A stretch of DNA of 64,000 nucleotides. Source: Chloroflexota bacterium. Lineage in GTDB: Bacteria > Chloroflexota > Dormibacteria > CF-121. The notes under the pieces were generated by a model. The model was not told the DNA's origin, did no database searches, and saw nothing but the letters and a program-made list of their open reading frames with translations. Both the position numbers and the translations under genes were made by a program. The DNA is taken from contig VBID01000116.1 of NCBI GenBank assembly GCA_005880615.1, forward strand, positions 1,494-65,493. Reading direction: 5' to 3'. Positions 19,296 to 29,048 of this stretch are shown here, piece by piece (positions within the stretch are counted from its first letter, which is position 1; each line of letters starts with the position of its first letter).

Positions 19296-19653
19296 AGCCC
19301 GAATCCACCGAGTCGAACTTGCATCTTGGGCGCGGGACGAGCGATCGGTGCGTCGTCTCCTGCGCGCGCTCAGTTACGCACCGACGGGTGCGCGCCTTCG
19401 CGTGCTCGTCGCCTCCTGAAGCCCGAATCTACCGGCTCGAGCTAGCATCTCGGGTGCGGATGCGGCCGATCCGGGCGTCGTCTCCTGCGCGCGTTCAGTC
19501 ACGCATCGACGGATGCGCTCCTTCACGTGCTCGTCGCCTCCTTCGGCTCGGCACGCCCCTCATCCCGATCTGCGGCGCCCGACCGGTAGATCCGGGCTCC
19601 GCTCATCTCGCCCCGCATCCCAATCTGCGTCGTCCGATCGGTGGATCCGGGCT
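19296..19653. mobile_element. hairpin element type A (19296-19653) with a complete type B copy nested inside (19420-19598)
   Basis: Both have AGCCCGAATC.../...GATCCGGGCT ends. Removing the inner 179 bp gives a sequence matching 41176-41352. Confidence 0.85.
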
Positions 19654-20038
19654 AGGCGACGCGCGACTCCTCGAAGTAGGCTTCCAGCTCCTCGAGGGTT
19701 GGTACCCGGCCGGGATCCTCGGGCTCCACGTTCATGTAGTGCTCCTGCCTGGTGAAGACCAGCTCGATCAGGTCCGGGATCCGCACCGACGGCTGGTAGG
19801 GCACGCCGTAGGCCGTCAGCTGTTCGACCACGTCATCTGGGACGATCGTGCGCTCTTTGAGGTTGAGTTCCTCGAGATTCCAGAGAATGTTGTCGAGCGC
19901 GTAGAGGTTGAGCTTCCGCTCGGCCTCAGCAGCCTTTCGCTGCATCACCTCGTGACGCTGTCGCCAAGTTTCCTCTTGAATGGTTTCGTACATAATCCAG
20001 GAACTTTCCTCCGACTCGAATGGTTGGCTGTCGGTCAT
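19652..20038 (-). CDS. hypothetical helical protein (probable distant paralog of 40715-41032)
   Basis: Good codon usage. LDNILWNLEEL...VP...LIELVFTRQE pattern. Confidence 0.75.
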   Translation of the reverse strand: MTDSQPFESEESSWIMYETIQEETWRQRHEVMQRKAAEAERKLNLYALDNILWNLEELNLKERTIVPDDVVEQLTAYGVPYQPSVRIPDLIELVFTRQEHYMNVEPEDPGRVPTLEELEAYFEESRVA

Positions 20039-20166
20039 GGTCGTCTCAATTGCCGAGGGTGGCAAGTAAATTTCGTAAAGAGTTGTTAATCATTGACCCC
20101 GTGTGATCGTGTTCGCAATTCAGCGGACTCAGCCGCGTTCAACAGCCCGAGCTAGTCCCCCGCTCG

Positions 20167-20607
20167 CTAGCACCGCTCGGAGTGGAGCCATGAGCGCGAG
20201 GCGACCAGGTCGTAGAGCTGCCGCTGCTGCCGCCGCGTCAGGTGACCGTAGAGTTGCCCGGCCACCTGGGCCTGGATGGGGAGCAAGCGCTGCTGCATGC
20301 GGCGGCCGGCCAGGGTGAGAGAGACGGGCTTGTAGCGCCGGTCGCCGTCGGCGGCGGATCGGGTGATGAGCCGGCGTCGCTCCAACCGGCGCAACAGCGA
20401 GGTCAGGTTACTGACATCGCAATGCAGGGCCCTGGCCAGCGCCGATTGCGCCACGCCCTCGTCGGATAGGGCCAGCAGCACGCGCATCTGGGCGACCGTC
20501 AGGCGAAGCCGATGCAGCTTCACGGCCGTCTCGTGGTCGGCCGCGATCGCCAACTCCGCGAGTCGGTTGGCGATCAGCGCGGTCAGGCCGGGTTTCGGGC
20601 GTGCCAC
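20167..20607 (-). CDS. MarR-family transcriptional regulator
   Basis: LTVAQMRVLLAL...QSALARAL...LTSLLRRLERRRLITR...DRR...LTLAG. GTG start at 20607. Confidence 0.85.
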   Translation of the reverse strand: MARPKPGLTALIANRLAELAIAADHETAVKLHRLRLTVAQMRVLLALSDEGVAQSALARALHCDVSNLTSLLRRLERRRLITRSAADGDRRYKPVSLTLAGRRMQQRLLPIQAQVAGQLYGHLTRRQQRQLYDLVASRSWLHSERC

Positions 20608-20640
20608 AAGCTTGTTAGACCCAGCGGGATAATACCGGCA

Positions 20641-22395
20641 ATGGCGTACCTGGCGAGCGAGGAGCAACCCCATCCGGCGCGCGAGAGCGTGGAGGTCTAC
20701 GTGCGGACCTACAACACGCTGCTGCGCAGCTCCGGCGAAACTAAGATCCGGGTGCTGGAGCAGACCCACATCGGCATGGGCTCCAGCCTTCACCCGAAGG
20801 CGGGCGAGCCGGAGGTCGATGCCGGCGCCTTCATTTACGCGCTGCGCCGCTTGCCGCCCTGCATGATGAGCGTCCGGCGGGTCATCCTCGGCCAGTCGGC
20901 CGAGCTTTTCGAGCGGATGCTGCACGTCGACGTCGCAAGCTGGGAGATGCAGAGTGCCCCGGGACGCCGGCGGCGCTATTACTACGACGGTCGCGAGACC
21001 CTGGCGGCCTTTATTGCCAGCCCCTCCGACGTGGACGACATGGTGCCCCAGCTGGTGGCCTTCCAGATCGAATGGAACAAGATGCACGAGCTGCTGCAGC
21101 CCGAGGAGCTGCCCGCCGGCATGCCGGTCCCGGAGCAGCTGGCCCTGGCCGAGCGCCTGGGCATCTCCGAGGGCGACTGGATCCGGCTGGAGGAGATCTG
21201 GGGTCCCGACCTCCTCCGCAGCCTGCAAGCGATCAAAGTGGAAGAGAAGAACTGCACCATCCGGATGCTGGGCGGCACCCAGGTCGGGTACTCGAAGACC
21301 ACCCGGCGCTGGTGGGAGCCGATCCAGTCGCTGCTCCGAACCGAAGGCCTGGAGGGTCGCCCCATCTACTTTGTGTCCAGCAACACCCACAGCCTGGTCA
21401 ACCTGCTCAGCGGCTCGGCTCGCCGCCACCAGGACGAGATCGTGAAGTTCATCGAGCAGACGAACAACCTGGAGCTGGTGCCGGAGCTGCGCAAGCTCCG
21501 CCAGCGCCAGTCGCGGGGCAACTGGGACAACTTCCTGTACTACGCCGCCCGCGTCTACTACGGACAGTCGCCAGACGCCACCAGGCTGCGGGCTGCCCGT
21601 ACCCAGGAGGAGGAGCAGCACGGTATCTACTTCCTGGCCAGCCGGGCCGGGCTCGACGTGGCCGCCCAGGTGATGGTGCTGGACCGGCTGGACGCCTCTG
21701 CCCTGGATCCGCGCCTAGGGCATCCGGCGAGCGAGCGATTGCGCCAGTCGCCCGCCGTCATCCTCAACATCAACTATCCGCTGGGGCAGGCCTCGTACAA
21801 CATCCTGCGAGTGGTCACCGAGAGCATCGACCAGCTGCGGGGCGTCTATGTATTGGGGAAAGCGGCCACGCTCAACGCCAGCATCGGGGACATCATGATC
21901 TCGAATGTGGTCTACGACGAGCATTCCGAGAACACCTACTGGCTGGACAACTGCTTCAGCTTCAACAGCGTGGCGCCCTTCCTGGTGTACGGGTCGGCGC
22001 TGGACAACCAGCGGGCGGTGACCGTACGCGGCACGTTTCTGCAGAATCGCGGATACCTCGACTTCTATCACCGCGAAAGCTTCACGGTCGTGGAAATGGA
22101 AGCCGGCCCCTTCCTCGATGCCATTTACGAGACCAGCGAGTCGTCCCGCTATCCGGTGCGGGAGAACATCAACTTCACCCGGCTGCCCTTCGACGTGGGG
22201 GTCCTGCACTACGCCTCTGACACGCCGTACACTCAGGCCCGCACGCTGGGGGCTCGGGGGCTCTCCTATTACGGGCTGGACTCGACCTATGCCTCATCGG
22301 CCGCCATCCTCCGGCGGATCTGGGCCCAGGAACATGTGCTGGACTCGGAGCTGGAGCCGGCCTGGACGGAGGCGGAGTCCCCGCCGGGGGCGTAA
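20641..22395 (+). CDS. conserved hypothetical protein (DUF6909-like, C-terminal nucleoside-phosphorylase-like fold)
   Basis: YVRTYNTLLRSSGE, VSSNTHS, NINYPLG, GKAATLN, VVEMEAGP and HYASDTP motifs. Confidence 0.75.
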   Translation: MAYLASEEQPHPARESVEVYVRTYNTLLRSSGETKIRVLEQTHIGMGSSLHPKAGEPEVDAGAFIYALRRLPPCMMSVRRVILGQSAELFERMLHVDVASWEMQSAPGRRRRYYYDGRETLAAFIASPSDVDDMVPQLVAFQIEWNKMHELLQPEELPAGMPVPEQLALAERLGISEGDWIRLEEIWGPDLLRSLQAIKVEEKNCTIRMLGGTQVGYSKTTRRWWEPIQSLLRTEGLEGRPIYFVSSNTHSLVNLLSGSARRHQDEIVKFIEQTNNLELVPELRKLRQRQSRGNWDNFLYYAARVYYGQSPDATRLRAARTQEEEQHGIYFLASRAGLDVAAQVMVLDRLDASALDPRLGHPASERLRQSPAVILNINYPLGQASYNILRVVTESIDQLRGVYVLGKAATLNASIGDIMISNVVYDEHSENTYWLDNCFSFNSVAPFLVYGSALDNQRAVTVRGTFLQNRGYLDFYHRESFTVVEMEAGPFLDAIYETSESSRYPVRENINFTRLPFDVGVLHYASDTPYTQARTLGARGLSYYGLDSTYASSAAILRRIWAQEHVLDSELEPAWTEAESPPGA

Positions 22396-22409
22396 GGCTC
22401 GCCCCGCAT

Positions 22410-22441
22410 AAAAGAAGAAGGCCGCGTGGGGCGCGGCCTTC
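22410..22441 (-). terminator. intrinsic terminator hairpin
   Basis: GAAGGCCGCG-N5-CGCGGCCTTC followed by TTCTTTT on the minus strand. Confidence 0.7.
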
Positions 22442-22518
22442 GAAGGGGAGGAGGGGGGTCGATGTACTGCGCACGATGAGGCTAGCAGTGGGCACTTACG
22501 GACGGTCTAACAAGCCTG

Positions 22519-22706
22519 AGCCCGAATCTATCGATCGAGCTTCCATCTCGGGCGCATGCGGCCTGAGCCCGAGGCGCTCCGGGCGTCGTCTCCTGTACGC
22601 GTTCGGTCACGCATCGACGGATGCGCTCCCTCCCGTGCTCGTCGCCTCCTGCGGCTCGGCACGCCCCGCCTCCCGATTAGCGGCGCCCGGCCGATAGATC
22701 CGGGCT
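22519..22706. mobile_element. hairpin element (type B-like copy)
   Basis: AGCCCGAATCTATCG ... CGATAGATCCGGGCT ends, shared core, abuts the TAA of the TPR gene. Confidence 0.85.
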
Positions 22707-23411
22707 TTAGGCGGCTTTGCGATTTCGGCGCGCCCGCTTCCTGTGGTTGGCAAGATCCTGTAACGCTTTGTCGATCAAGCGGTCCGCGGGGTCCAGATGT
22801 TTGGCATCCAGCAATACTCCCTGGGCGGCGACCACGTCGTCGTGCTGCAGGTAGGCCAGCCCCAGCTGCAGTGCCAGCCCGGCATCCGTTCGGGTCGCCT
22901 GCACCGCAGCCTTCAGGTATGGCAGCGCCTCCTGCGGGCGGCCGATCTCGAGCAGCAACGAGCCCAGCTCGGCCAGCACGTCGGGCTGGTCGGGAATAAT
23001 GGCCAGCGCCCGCCGGTAGGCGGCCTGCGCGACCTCCGCCCGACCCAGCTGACGATGCTGCCGGCCGATGAGGAACCACGTTTGCCAGCCGGCTGGCGCC
23101 AGCGCCATGGTCCGTCCGTAGGAGGCCGCGGCGGCGGTCCGGTCGCCCAGGGCGTCGCAGGCGGCACCCAACCGGAAGGCGATATCAGGATCGTTGGGGT
23201 CGAGCCCGGCCGCCCGCTCCAGCAGCTGGCGGGCGCGCTCGTAGTCGCGCAGCCGGTGGCAGAGTGTTCCGAGCCGCAGGGCGGGCGTGGCCGCATCGGG
23301 CGCGCTCTTGACCGCCGCCTCGTAACGGATCAATGCCTCGCGGACGTTTCCCGCGGACTCGGCCGTCAGTCCGCTTTCCAGAAGGCGCTCGACTTCGGTG
23401 ACCGCGGCCAT
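22707..23411 (-). CDS. tetratricopeptide repeat protein
   Basis: Repeated LG...A...Y..A...P TPR pattern. ATG at 23411. Confidence 0.85.
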   Translation of the reverse strand: MAAVTEVERLLESGLTAESAGNVREALIRYEAAVKSAPDAATPALRLGTLCHRLRDYERARQLLERAAGLDPNDPDIAFRLGAACDALGDRTAAAASYGRTMALAPAGWQTWFLIGRQHRQLGRAEVAQAAYRRALAIIPDQPDVLAELGSLLLEIGRPQEALPYLKAAVQATRTDAGLALQLGLAYLQHDDVVAAQGVLLDAKHLDPADRLIDKALQDLANHRKRARRNRKAA

Positions 23412-23497
23412 GCGGGGATAACGCGCCGTTCCGGAGTCCTTTGCCGGCTGCCCGTCCCGGGGACGTGCAGCGGCGGTCACAAGTTGACTACGCCCGT

Positions 23498-23704
23498 TCA
23501 GCCCGCTGCCAAGAACTGGGTCAACTCGGGCTCGTCCATGCGCAGCGGCGGCACCACGGGGGTGTAGCTGAGCCGTGCCGCCAGCTTCATAGCCAGCTCG
23601 GGTTTGAAATCCACCGGGGTAAAGCCTTTGCCGGTAAAAATGCCCAACGCCTGGTCTCGGATCACCAGCGCGGCGCCATCTTTGCGGGCCAGGACGGTGA
23701 TCAT
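23498..23704 (-). CDS. small hypothetical protein (68 aa)
   Basis: ATGA overlap with the upstream receiver gene, plausible composition. Confidence 0.65.
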   Translation of the reverse strand: MITVLARKDGAALVIRDQALGIFTGKGFTPVDFKPELAMKLAARLSYTPVVPPLRMDEPELTQFLAAG

Positions 23705-24060
23705 GTCGAGGCGACCGGTGCCAGCTGGGCCACCAACTGGGCGAGCTGGGCTGGCTTGAACGGCTTCTCGACGGTGGCCGCCGTGCCGGCACGGCGGGCG
23801 CGCTCGGGCGCAGCCGCGTCACGGAACTCGGTCAGCATCACCACCAGGTTGCTGGGGACGAGACGTTGCAGCAGGAGGAAGGCATCGCCGTCTGGCAGGG
23901 TTGAGTCCAGCAACACCAGGTCCGGGCGAAACGAAACCGCCGCGGCCGCGACCCGCGTGGCCTCGGTCACCCAGGTGACCGTGTGGCCCTCCCGTTCCAG
24001 CTTGAAGACGATAATGGCGCCGATGTTGGGCTCATCTTCCACGACCAGGACGCGGGCCAT
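23701..24060 (-). CDS. single-domain response regulator receiver
   Basis: VLVVEDE, DLVLLD, MLT and EKPF motifs. Confidence 0.88.
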   Translation of the reverse strand: MARVLVVEDEPNIGAIIVFKLEREGHTVTWVTEATRVAAAAVSFRPDLVLLDSTLPDGDAFLLLQRLVPSNLVVMLTEFRDAAAPERARRAGTAATVEKPFKPAQLAQLVAQLAPVAST

Positions 24061-24186
24061 CGTCGTTTCGATGATACGCATCCGGGGATAACCATGATGC
24101 TCTGGCCGCGCCCGGTGATCGTGGTGGTCGCCCTCAATGAGGCCAGCTACGCATGCTGCGCGGCAGCTGCCCGTTACGGGAGCGAG

Positions 24187-24567
24187 ATGTGGCGGCAGCG
24201 CCTTCGCCAGTTCATGGAACGGATGTCCGGCCGGTTGACGCCGCCGGAGGTCACGCCCGTGGACCGCATCCAGCTGATGCTGTTGCCGATCGCCGATCTC
24301 TTCATGATCCTGATGTACTCCCGGCCGCCCGGGGGGTCCCTGCGCACTGCCCGGGTCACCCTGATGACGATCTGGCTGGCTGGGGCGGTGGCGGTGCTGG
24401 TCGGTGTCCCGGCCGCCGTTCTGCTGGTGCACGGCGTCGCCGGGCTTCAGCCTCTCCCGATCGCGATCGGTCTGGTGGGGATGGCGGTCGGGCTCGGAGC
24501 GGGGATCCTGGCGGTGTTCGGCGTCCGGCAGCGAATCCTGATCGCCGCTCGGCAGGAGACCACCTAG
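24187..24567 (+). CDS. hypothetical membrane protein
   Basis: Two to three TM segments, fills the gap between neighbours. Confidence 0.6.
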   Translation: MWRQRLRQFMERMSGRLTPPEVTPVDRIQLMLLPIADLFMILMYSRPPGGSLRTARVTLMTIWLAGAVAVLVGVPAAVLLVHGVAGLQPLPIAIGLVGMAVGLGAGILAVFGVRQRILIAARQETT

Positions 24568-24674
24568 CAACGCCCTCCCCGTTCGTCCCCGAGCGAGGGA
24601 GAAATGAAGAAGGGGAAATCATGCAAAGAGCCCCACGCCGGGTGGCGCAGGGCTCTTGCTCCGGACTGCCGGTC

Positions 24675-24875
24675 TTAGGCGGCGAGGCGGACGTTCTTGG
24701 CGCGTGGTCCCTTGGGGCTTGGTTCAACCTCAAACTGGACCTTCTCGCCACCGAGCAGGCGGTCGAAATCGCTGTCGACGCCGCTCCGATGGAAGAAGTA
24801 GTCGCGCCCGTCTTCGGCGGCGATAAAGCCGAATCCGCGCTCAGACACGAGCTTCTTGATAGTCCCGGTTGCCAT
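24675..24875 (-). CDS. cold-shock domain protein
   Basis: RGFGFI (RNP1), YFFHRS (RNP2), KGPRAKNV. AGGAGGAG RBS. Hairpin at ~24623-24659 downstream. Confidence 0.93.
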   Translation of the reverse strand: MATGTIKKLVSERGFGFIAAEDGRDYFFHRSGVDSDFDRLLGGEKVQFEVEPSPKGPRAKNVRLAA

Positions 24876-25132
24876 TGATGGCTCCTCCTTTCCCGAACCA
24901 GATAGGCCGCACGCACGGGCCTGTTCGAGAGAGAGCCACGGCGAGCGCGTCCCGAGCGGACGCTACCGCCTTCTTACCCCTGGCCGGTCCCTGGTAAACC
25001 CTGCGGAAGACCCCCTCCCCCGCCCCATCGATCCGGGATGCCATCGACCCCGAACCCTTGACTCTGGTCTGGACAGTGGCGTTAGATGGGTTCGGATCGC
25101 GGGGGCTCGTACCCAGTTCAGGAGGGCTGAAG

Positions 25133-26863
25133 ATGGCAGACGAGACATCTGTGGCGCTGACCCGGCGTGAGGTGCTCAAGCTCTCAGCGTTAGCCGGAGC
25201 GGGCGCGTCGCTGGCCGCCGTGGCCCGATCGCTGCCGGCGGCGGCGGCCGCCGCCCCGGGCGACTTCAATGAGGCCACCATTACCCAGCTTCAGGCCGGC
25301 ATGGCTGGGCGCCAGTTCAAGTCGATCGACCTGGTCAACTTCTATCTGGCGCGGATCGGCACGCTGGACCAGAAGGGGCCCACGGTTAACTCGGTCGTCG
25401 AGCTGAACCCCGATGCCAGGGCGATTGCCCTGGCGCTGGATGCCGAACGGCAGAAGGGCCAGACGCGCGGCCCCTTGCACGGCATCCCGGTCTTGCTCAA
25501 GGACAACATCGACACGCACGACGGCATGCAGACCGCCGCCGGCTCGCTGGCCCTGGTCGGCGCCGCCCCGCTGAAGGATTCGTTAGTGGCCGCCAACCTG
25601 CGCGCCGCGGGTGCCGTCATCCTCGGCAAGACCACCCTCAGTGAATGGGCCAACTTCCGATCCTTCTTCTCGACGAGCGGCTGGTCTGGCCGCGGCGGGC
25701 AGTGCAACAACCCCTACGCGCTGGATCGAAACCCCTGTGGGTCGAGCTCTGGATCGGCAGCCGCCGCGTCAGCGAACTTTACCGCCGTGTCGATCGGGAG
25801 CGAGACGGATGGCAGCATCGTCTGTCCCGCCAACGAGAGCGGCGTGGTGGGGATCAAGCCCACCGTCGGCCTGGTGAGCCGCGCCGGCGTGATCCCCATC
25901 TCTCACACCCAGGACACCCTGGGGCCGCATGCGCGAACCGTCGCCGACGCGGCAGCGGTGCTGACCGCCATCGTCCAGCGGACCCCGGACCCGCGAGACC
26001 CGGCGACGCAGGCAAATCGGAACCTGATTCCAGCCGACTACACGGCCTTCCTGGACTCGACCGGAGGCTCTCTCCAGGGAGCGCGGATCGGAGTCGGCCG
26101 CGACTTCGAAGGATTCAGTCCGCACACGGACGATGTGTTCGAGAATGCCCTGACGGCCCTGCGCAACGCCGGGGCCACCCTGGTGGACGTGTTTTTCCCG
26201 CACATCAAGGACATCAACAGCGGGACCGCCGAGTTCACCGTTCTGCTCTTCGACTTCAAGAAGGACCTGAACGCCTACCTGCGGACCCGGACCGGCGTCC
26301 CCATCGGCTCGCTCGCTGACGCGATCGCGTTCAACAACGCCAATGCCGCCCAGGAGATGCCGTTCTTCGCCCAGGAGATCTTTGAACTGGCGCAGTCGTT
26401 CGATGTGACCAACCCGGACGCCATTCAGCCGCTCGGCCTGTCATATAACCAGTCGCTGGTGATGGATCGCCAGTTCGGCGCCACCGAGGGGATCGACCTG
26501 CTTCTGCAGCAGAACAACCTGCAGGCGATCGTGGCCCCCACCGATACGGCGGCCTGGCCGACCGACCTGATCAACAGCGATCACTTTGTCTTTGGCAGCT
26601 CCTCCGCTGCGGCCATCGTCGGGTATCCCATCGTGGTGGTCCCGATGGGCATGGAGTTCGGTCTCCCGGTGGGGCTGTCGATCATGGGCACCGCGTTCAG
26701 CGAGCCCACCTTGATCAAGGTGGCCTCAGCCTTTGAGGCCGTGACCCACGCTCGCCAGGCGCCACAATTCCTGGCGACGTTGCCATTCAACACCAAGGGT
26801 GAACCGAGTCGGGTGCACCGCCGCCATCTGCTCGCCCCTCGCGTAGCGCCGGTCCGACTCTAG
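25133..26863 (+). CDS. Tat-exported amidase (amidase signature family)
   Basis: TRREVLK twin-arginine signal, LHGIPVLLKDNI, GSSSGS and GSETDGSI motifs. Confidence 0.92.
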   Translation: MADETSVALTRREVLKLSALAGAGASLAAVARSLPAAAAAAPGDFNEATITQLQAGMAGRQFKSIDLVNFYLARIGTLDQKGPTVNSVVELNPDARAIALALDAERQKGQTRGPLHGIPVLLKDNIDTHDGMQTAAGSLALVGAAPLKDSLVAANLRAAGAVILGKTTLSEWANFRSFFSTSGWSGRGGQCNNPYALDRNPCGSSSGSAAAASANFTAVSIGSETDGSIVCPANESGVVGIKPTVGLVSRAGVIPISHTQDTLGPHARTVADAAAVLTAIVQRTPDPRDPATQANRNLIPADYTAFLDSTGGSLQGARIGVGRDFEGFSPHTDDVFENALTALRNAGATLVDVFFPHIKDINSGTAEFTVLLFDFKKDLNAYLRTRTGVPIGSLADAIAFNNANAAQEMPFFAQEIFELAQSFDVTNPDAIQPLGLSYNQSLVMDRQFGATEGIDLLLQQNNLQAIVAPTDTAAWPTDLINSDHFVFGSSSAAAIVGYPIVVVPMGMEFGLPVGLSIMGTAFSEPTLIKVASAFEAVTHARQAPQFLATLPFNTKGEPSRVHRRHLLAPRVAPVRL

Positions 26864-26945
26864 CGAGCAACCCAGGGGGCGGCGTTCTTCGCCGCCTCCT
26901 GCTCGGCAAGGACTGCAATCTCTTGCTCGTCGCTCGCATGTGCGG

Positions 26946-27125
26946 ATGGACCGCCGGCAGAAGACCGGCTTGATCCTGATCGGCATCTGGGCCGTGAGGG
27001 TGGTTGTCATCGCGATCGTCACGCATCGCCTCGTCGCACTAGGATTGCTCGGACTGTGCCCAGCGGCGGCTCTCCCTTTTCGCAAACTCCCGGCACCGCC
27101 GCCACCGAAGCCTCAGGGGAAATAA
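26946..27125 (+). CDS. possible small membrane protein
   Basis: Two short hydrophobic stretches and a Pro-rich tail. Confidence 0.4.
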   Translation: MDRRQKTGLILIGIWAVRVVVIAIVTHRLVALGLLGLCPAAALPFRKLPAPPPPKPQGK

Positions 27126-27211
27126 GGCCTGGTCTGGTTGGCCATGTTTCGGCGAGTCGTGGGCTACAGTTCACTGGAGCGAGCAGCCCGTCCGATCCAA
27201 GGAGGCCAGTC

Positions 27212-27646
27212 ATGACGGCACCCGAACACCCACCCACGTACCGCACCGGCAAGATCTGCTACATCGAGATTCCGGCGACGGATATCCAGCAGTCGGCCGA
27301 GTTCTACCGGCGCGCCTTCGGTTGGCAGATCCGCCGGCGGGGTGACGGCGCCACCGCCTTCGACGACACCGTCAACCAGGTAAGTGGTACCTGGGTGCTC
27401 GGGCGGCCTCCGGCGGCCGAGCCCGGGCTGATGGTGTACATCATGGTCGCCAGCGCGCCGGCGGCGATCGACGCGGTGGTCTCGGCAGGTGGTGAGATCG
27501 TCCAGCCAGTGATCCCGCAAGCGCGCGAGGTGGTCGCGACGTTTCGTGACCCGGCTGGAAACGTGATCGGGATCTACCAGCAGCCGGGCTTGGCCGAGAC
27601 CGAGGCGGGGGAGTCCTCTGCGGCAATTCCTCGATCACCTTCTTAA
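27212..27646 (+). CDS. VOC / glyoxalase-bleomycin family protein
   Basis: KICYIEIPATD...FY...FGW and FRDPAGNVIGIYQ motifs. AAGGAGG RBS. Confidence 0.9.
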   Translation: MTAPEHPPTYRTGKICYIEIPATDIQQSAEFYRRAFGWQIRRRGDGATAFDDTVNQVSGTWVLGRPPAAEPGLMVYIMVASAPAAIDAVVSAGGEIVQPVIPQAREVVATFRDPAGNVIGIYQQPGLAETEAGESSAAIPRSPS

Positions 27647-27854
27647 CCGATTTGAGCGCAAGCTCATCGGCCAAGACCGAGTTTCGCAGGGTTCGCAGAC
27701 TTTACCCGATCACTCTGTGAGTGCGGCATAGTCGCCGACCGGGGACGAAAGGTGCGAGCGAGGTGGCGGCGGCGGCGGCATGTGGAGCGCTGAGCGCGAG
27801 CGCACCGGCGATGACTGAAATCAGTCCGAGCTTTGTCGCTCGGCAACGCTCCGC

Positions 27855-28084
27855 CTGTCGGCCTTCTACTACTATGGCACTCCGCTGCTGCACGGGCTCC
27901 AACTGACGTCCGTGTTGGGAGTGATCGCGGTCACCGCCCTGGCCTTAGGCCTCGGCGCGCTGCGATTCGTCCGCAAAGACATCGGGGTGTAGGCTCCGGC
28001 AAGGTCCGCCTGATGGTCGAGCTGCTGGACGAACGTCGATTCGGCAATGGCGTGGTTCACCTCCACTACCGCACGGGCGTGTGA
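27855..28084 (+). pseudogene. two fused gene tails: ABC-2 permease C-terminus (27855-27992), then DHFR/RibD-C family C-terminus (to 28084)
   Basis: LSAFYYYGTPLLHGL...LRFVRKDIGV* is followed directly by ...ELLDERRFGNGVVHLHYR*. Neither has a 5' part. Confidence 0.65.
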
Positions 28085-28298
28085 GGAGAAGGAGATGCGT
28101 CGCGATCTCAGTCATGACGCGCTGCGCTGGGAACGCGGGTCAAGCCGTCGACCTACGCCGGGTAGGTCGGACGACCGCCGACCCGACGACCAAGAACAAC
28201 CTCTCTCCGAGCGTGCCACGTTAGGGCCGGTGTCGATTTGGTCCTGGCCTGTTCGACGTATAAGTGACGAGCGCTAACGCCATTCACAGGAGGCACAC

Positions 28299-28847
28299 AT
28301 GAGGCTGGTGGCAACGGAGTACCTATCGCTCGACGGAGTCTTCGAGGAGCCGGGCAAATGGTCCTTCCCGTTCTTCAACGACGAAGCCCAGCAGTTCAAG
28401 TGGAGTGAGCTGCAGGCAAGCGACGCGTTGCTGCTCGGCCGCAAGACTTACGAAGGATTCGCGGCCGCCTGGCCCACCATGCCTAATACCGGCGAGTTCG
28501 GCGAAAAGATGAACACCATGACGAAGTATGTCGTCTCCTCCACCCTCGACAAGGTGGAATGGAGCGGTTCAAAGCTGGTCAGGGGCGAGGTGGCGGCGGA
28601 GGTGCTCAAGCTCAAGCAGGCACCTGGCCACGACCTCTTGCTATCCGGAAGCGGGCAACTCTTCAACGCGCTAATGCATGCGAACCTGATCGACCTCTAC
28701 CGATTCATGCTGCACCCGATCGCCCTCGGAAAAGGCAAGCGCCTGTTCGCCAACGGGGTTGACCAAAGAATCCTCGAATTGGCGGAGACCAAGACGTTCG
28801 GCTCGGGCATCCTCATCCTCGAGTACCGTCCGGCCAAGCGCTCCTAG
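28299..28847 (+). CDS. dihydrofolate reductase-like (RibD C-terminal) protein
   Basis: SLDGV, LLLGRKTYEGF, GSGQL and HPIALGKGKRLF motifs. AGGAGG RBS. Confidence 0.9.
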   Translation: MRLVATEYLSLDGVFEEPGKWSFPFFNDEAQQFKWSELQASDALLLGRKTYEGFAAAWPTMPNTGEFGEKMNTMTKYVVSSTLDKVEWSGSKLVRGEVAAEVLKLKQAPGHDLLLSGSGQLFNALMHANLIDLYRFMLHPIALGKGKRLFANGVDQRILELAETKTFGSGILILEYRPAKRS

Positions 28848-28971
28848 CGGCACGGATTCGCTTGGCCTGCCTCGTCGATTCAGAAATATTGGACGGCTGC
28901 TGCGAGTTCTAGCCGCTCGGCGTCACTTGGATTCTGAGCCCAGCGCCGGCGGCCATAGGTAGAGCAGGAGT

Positions 28972-28998
28972 GTAGCCCGTGGCGGATACTAATCGAAC
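28972..28998 (-). repeat. att-like degenerate copy of the tRNA-Glu 3' end (copy 4)
   Basis: GTAGCCCGTGGCGGATACTAATCGAAC versus tRNA TGGTAGCCCGTAGCGGATTCGAAC on the + strand. Confidence 0.75.
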
Positions 28999-29048
28999 AA
29001 TGAGGTTGAGCCCGGCCGTTGCCGGGCTCTTCTCATGACCGACTGAGG

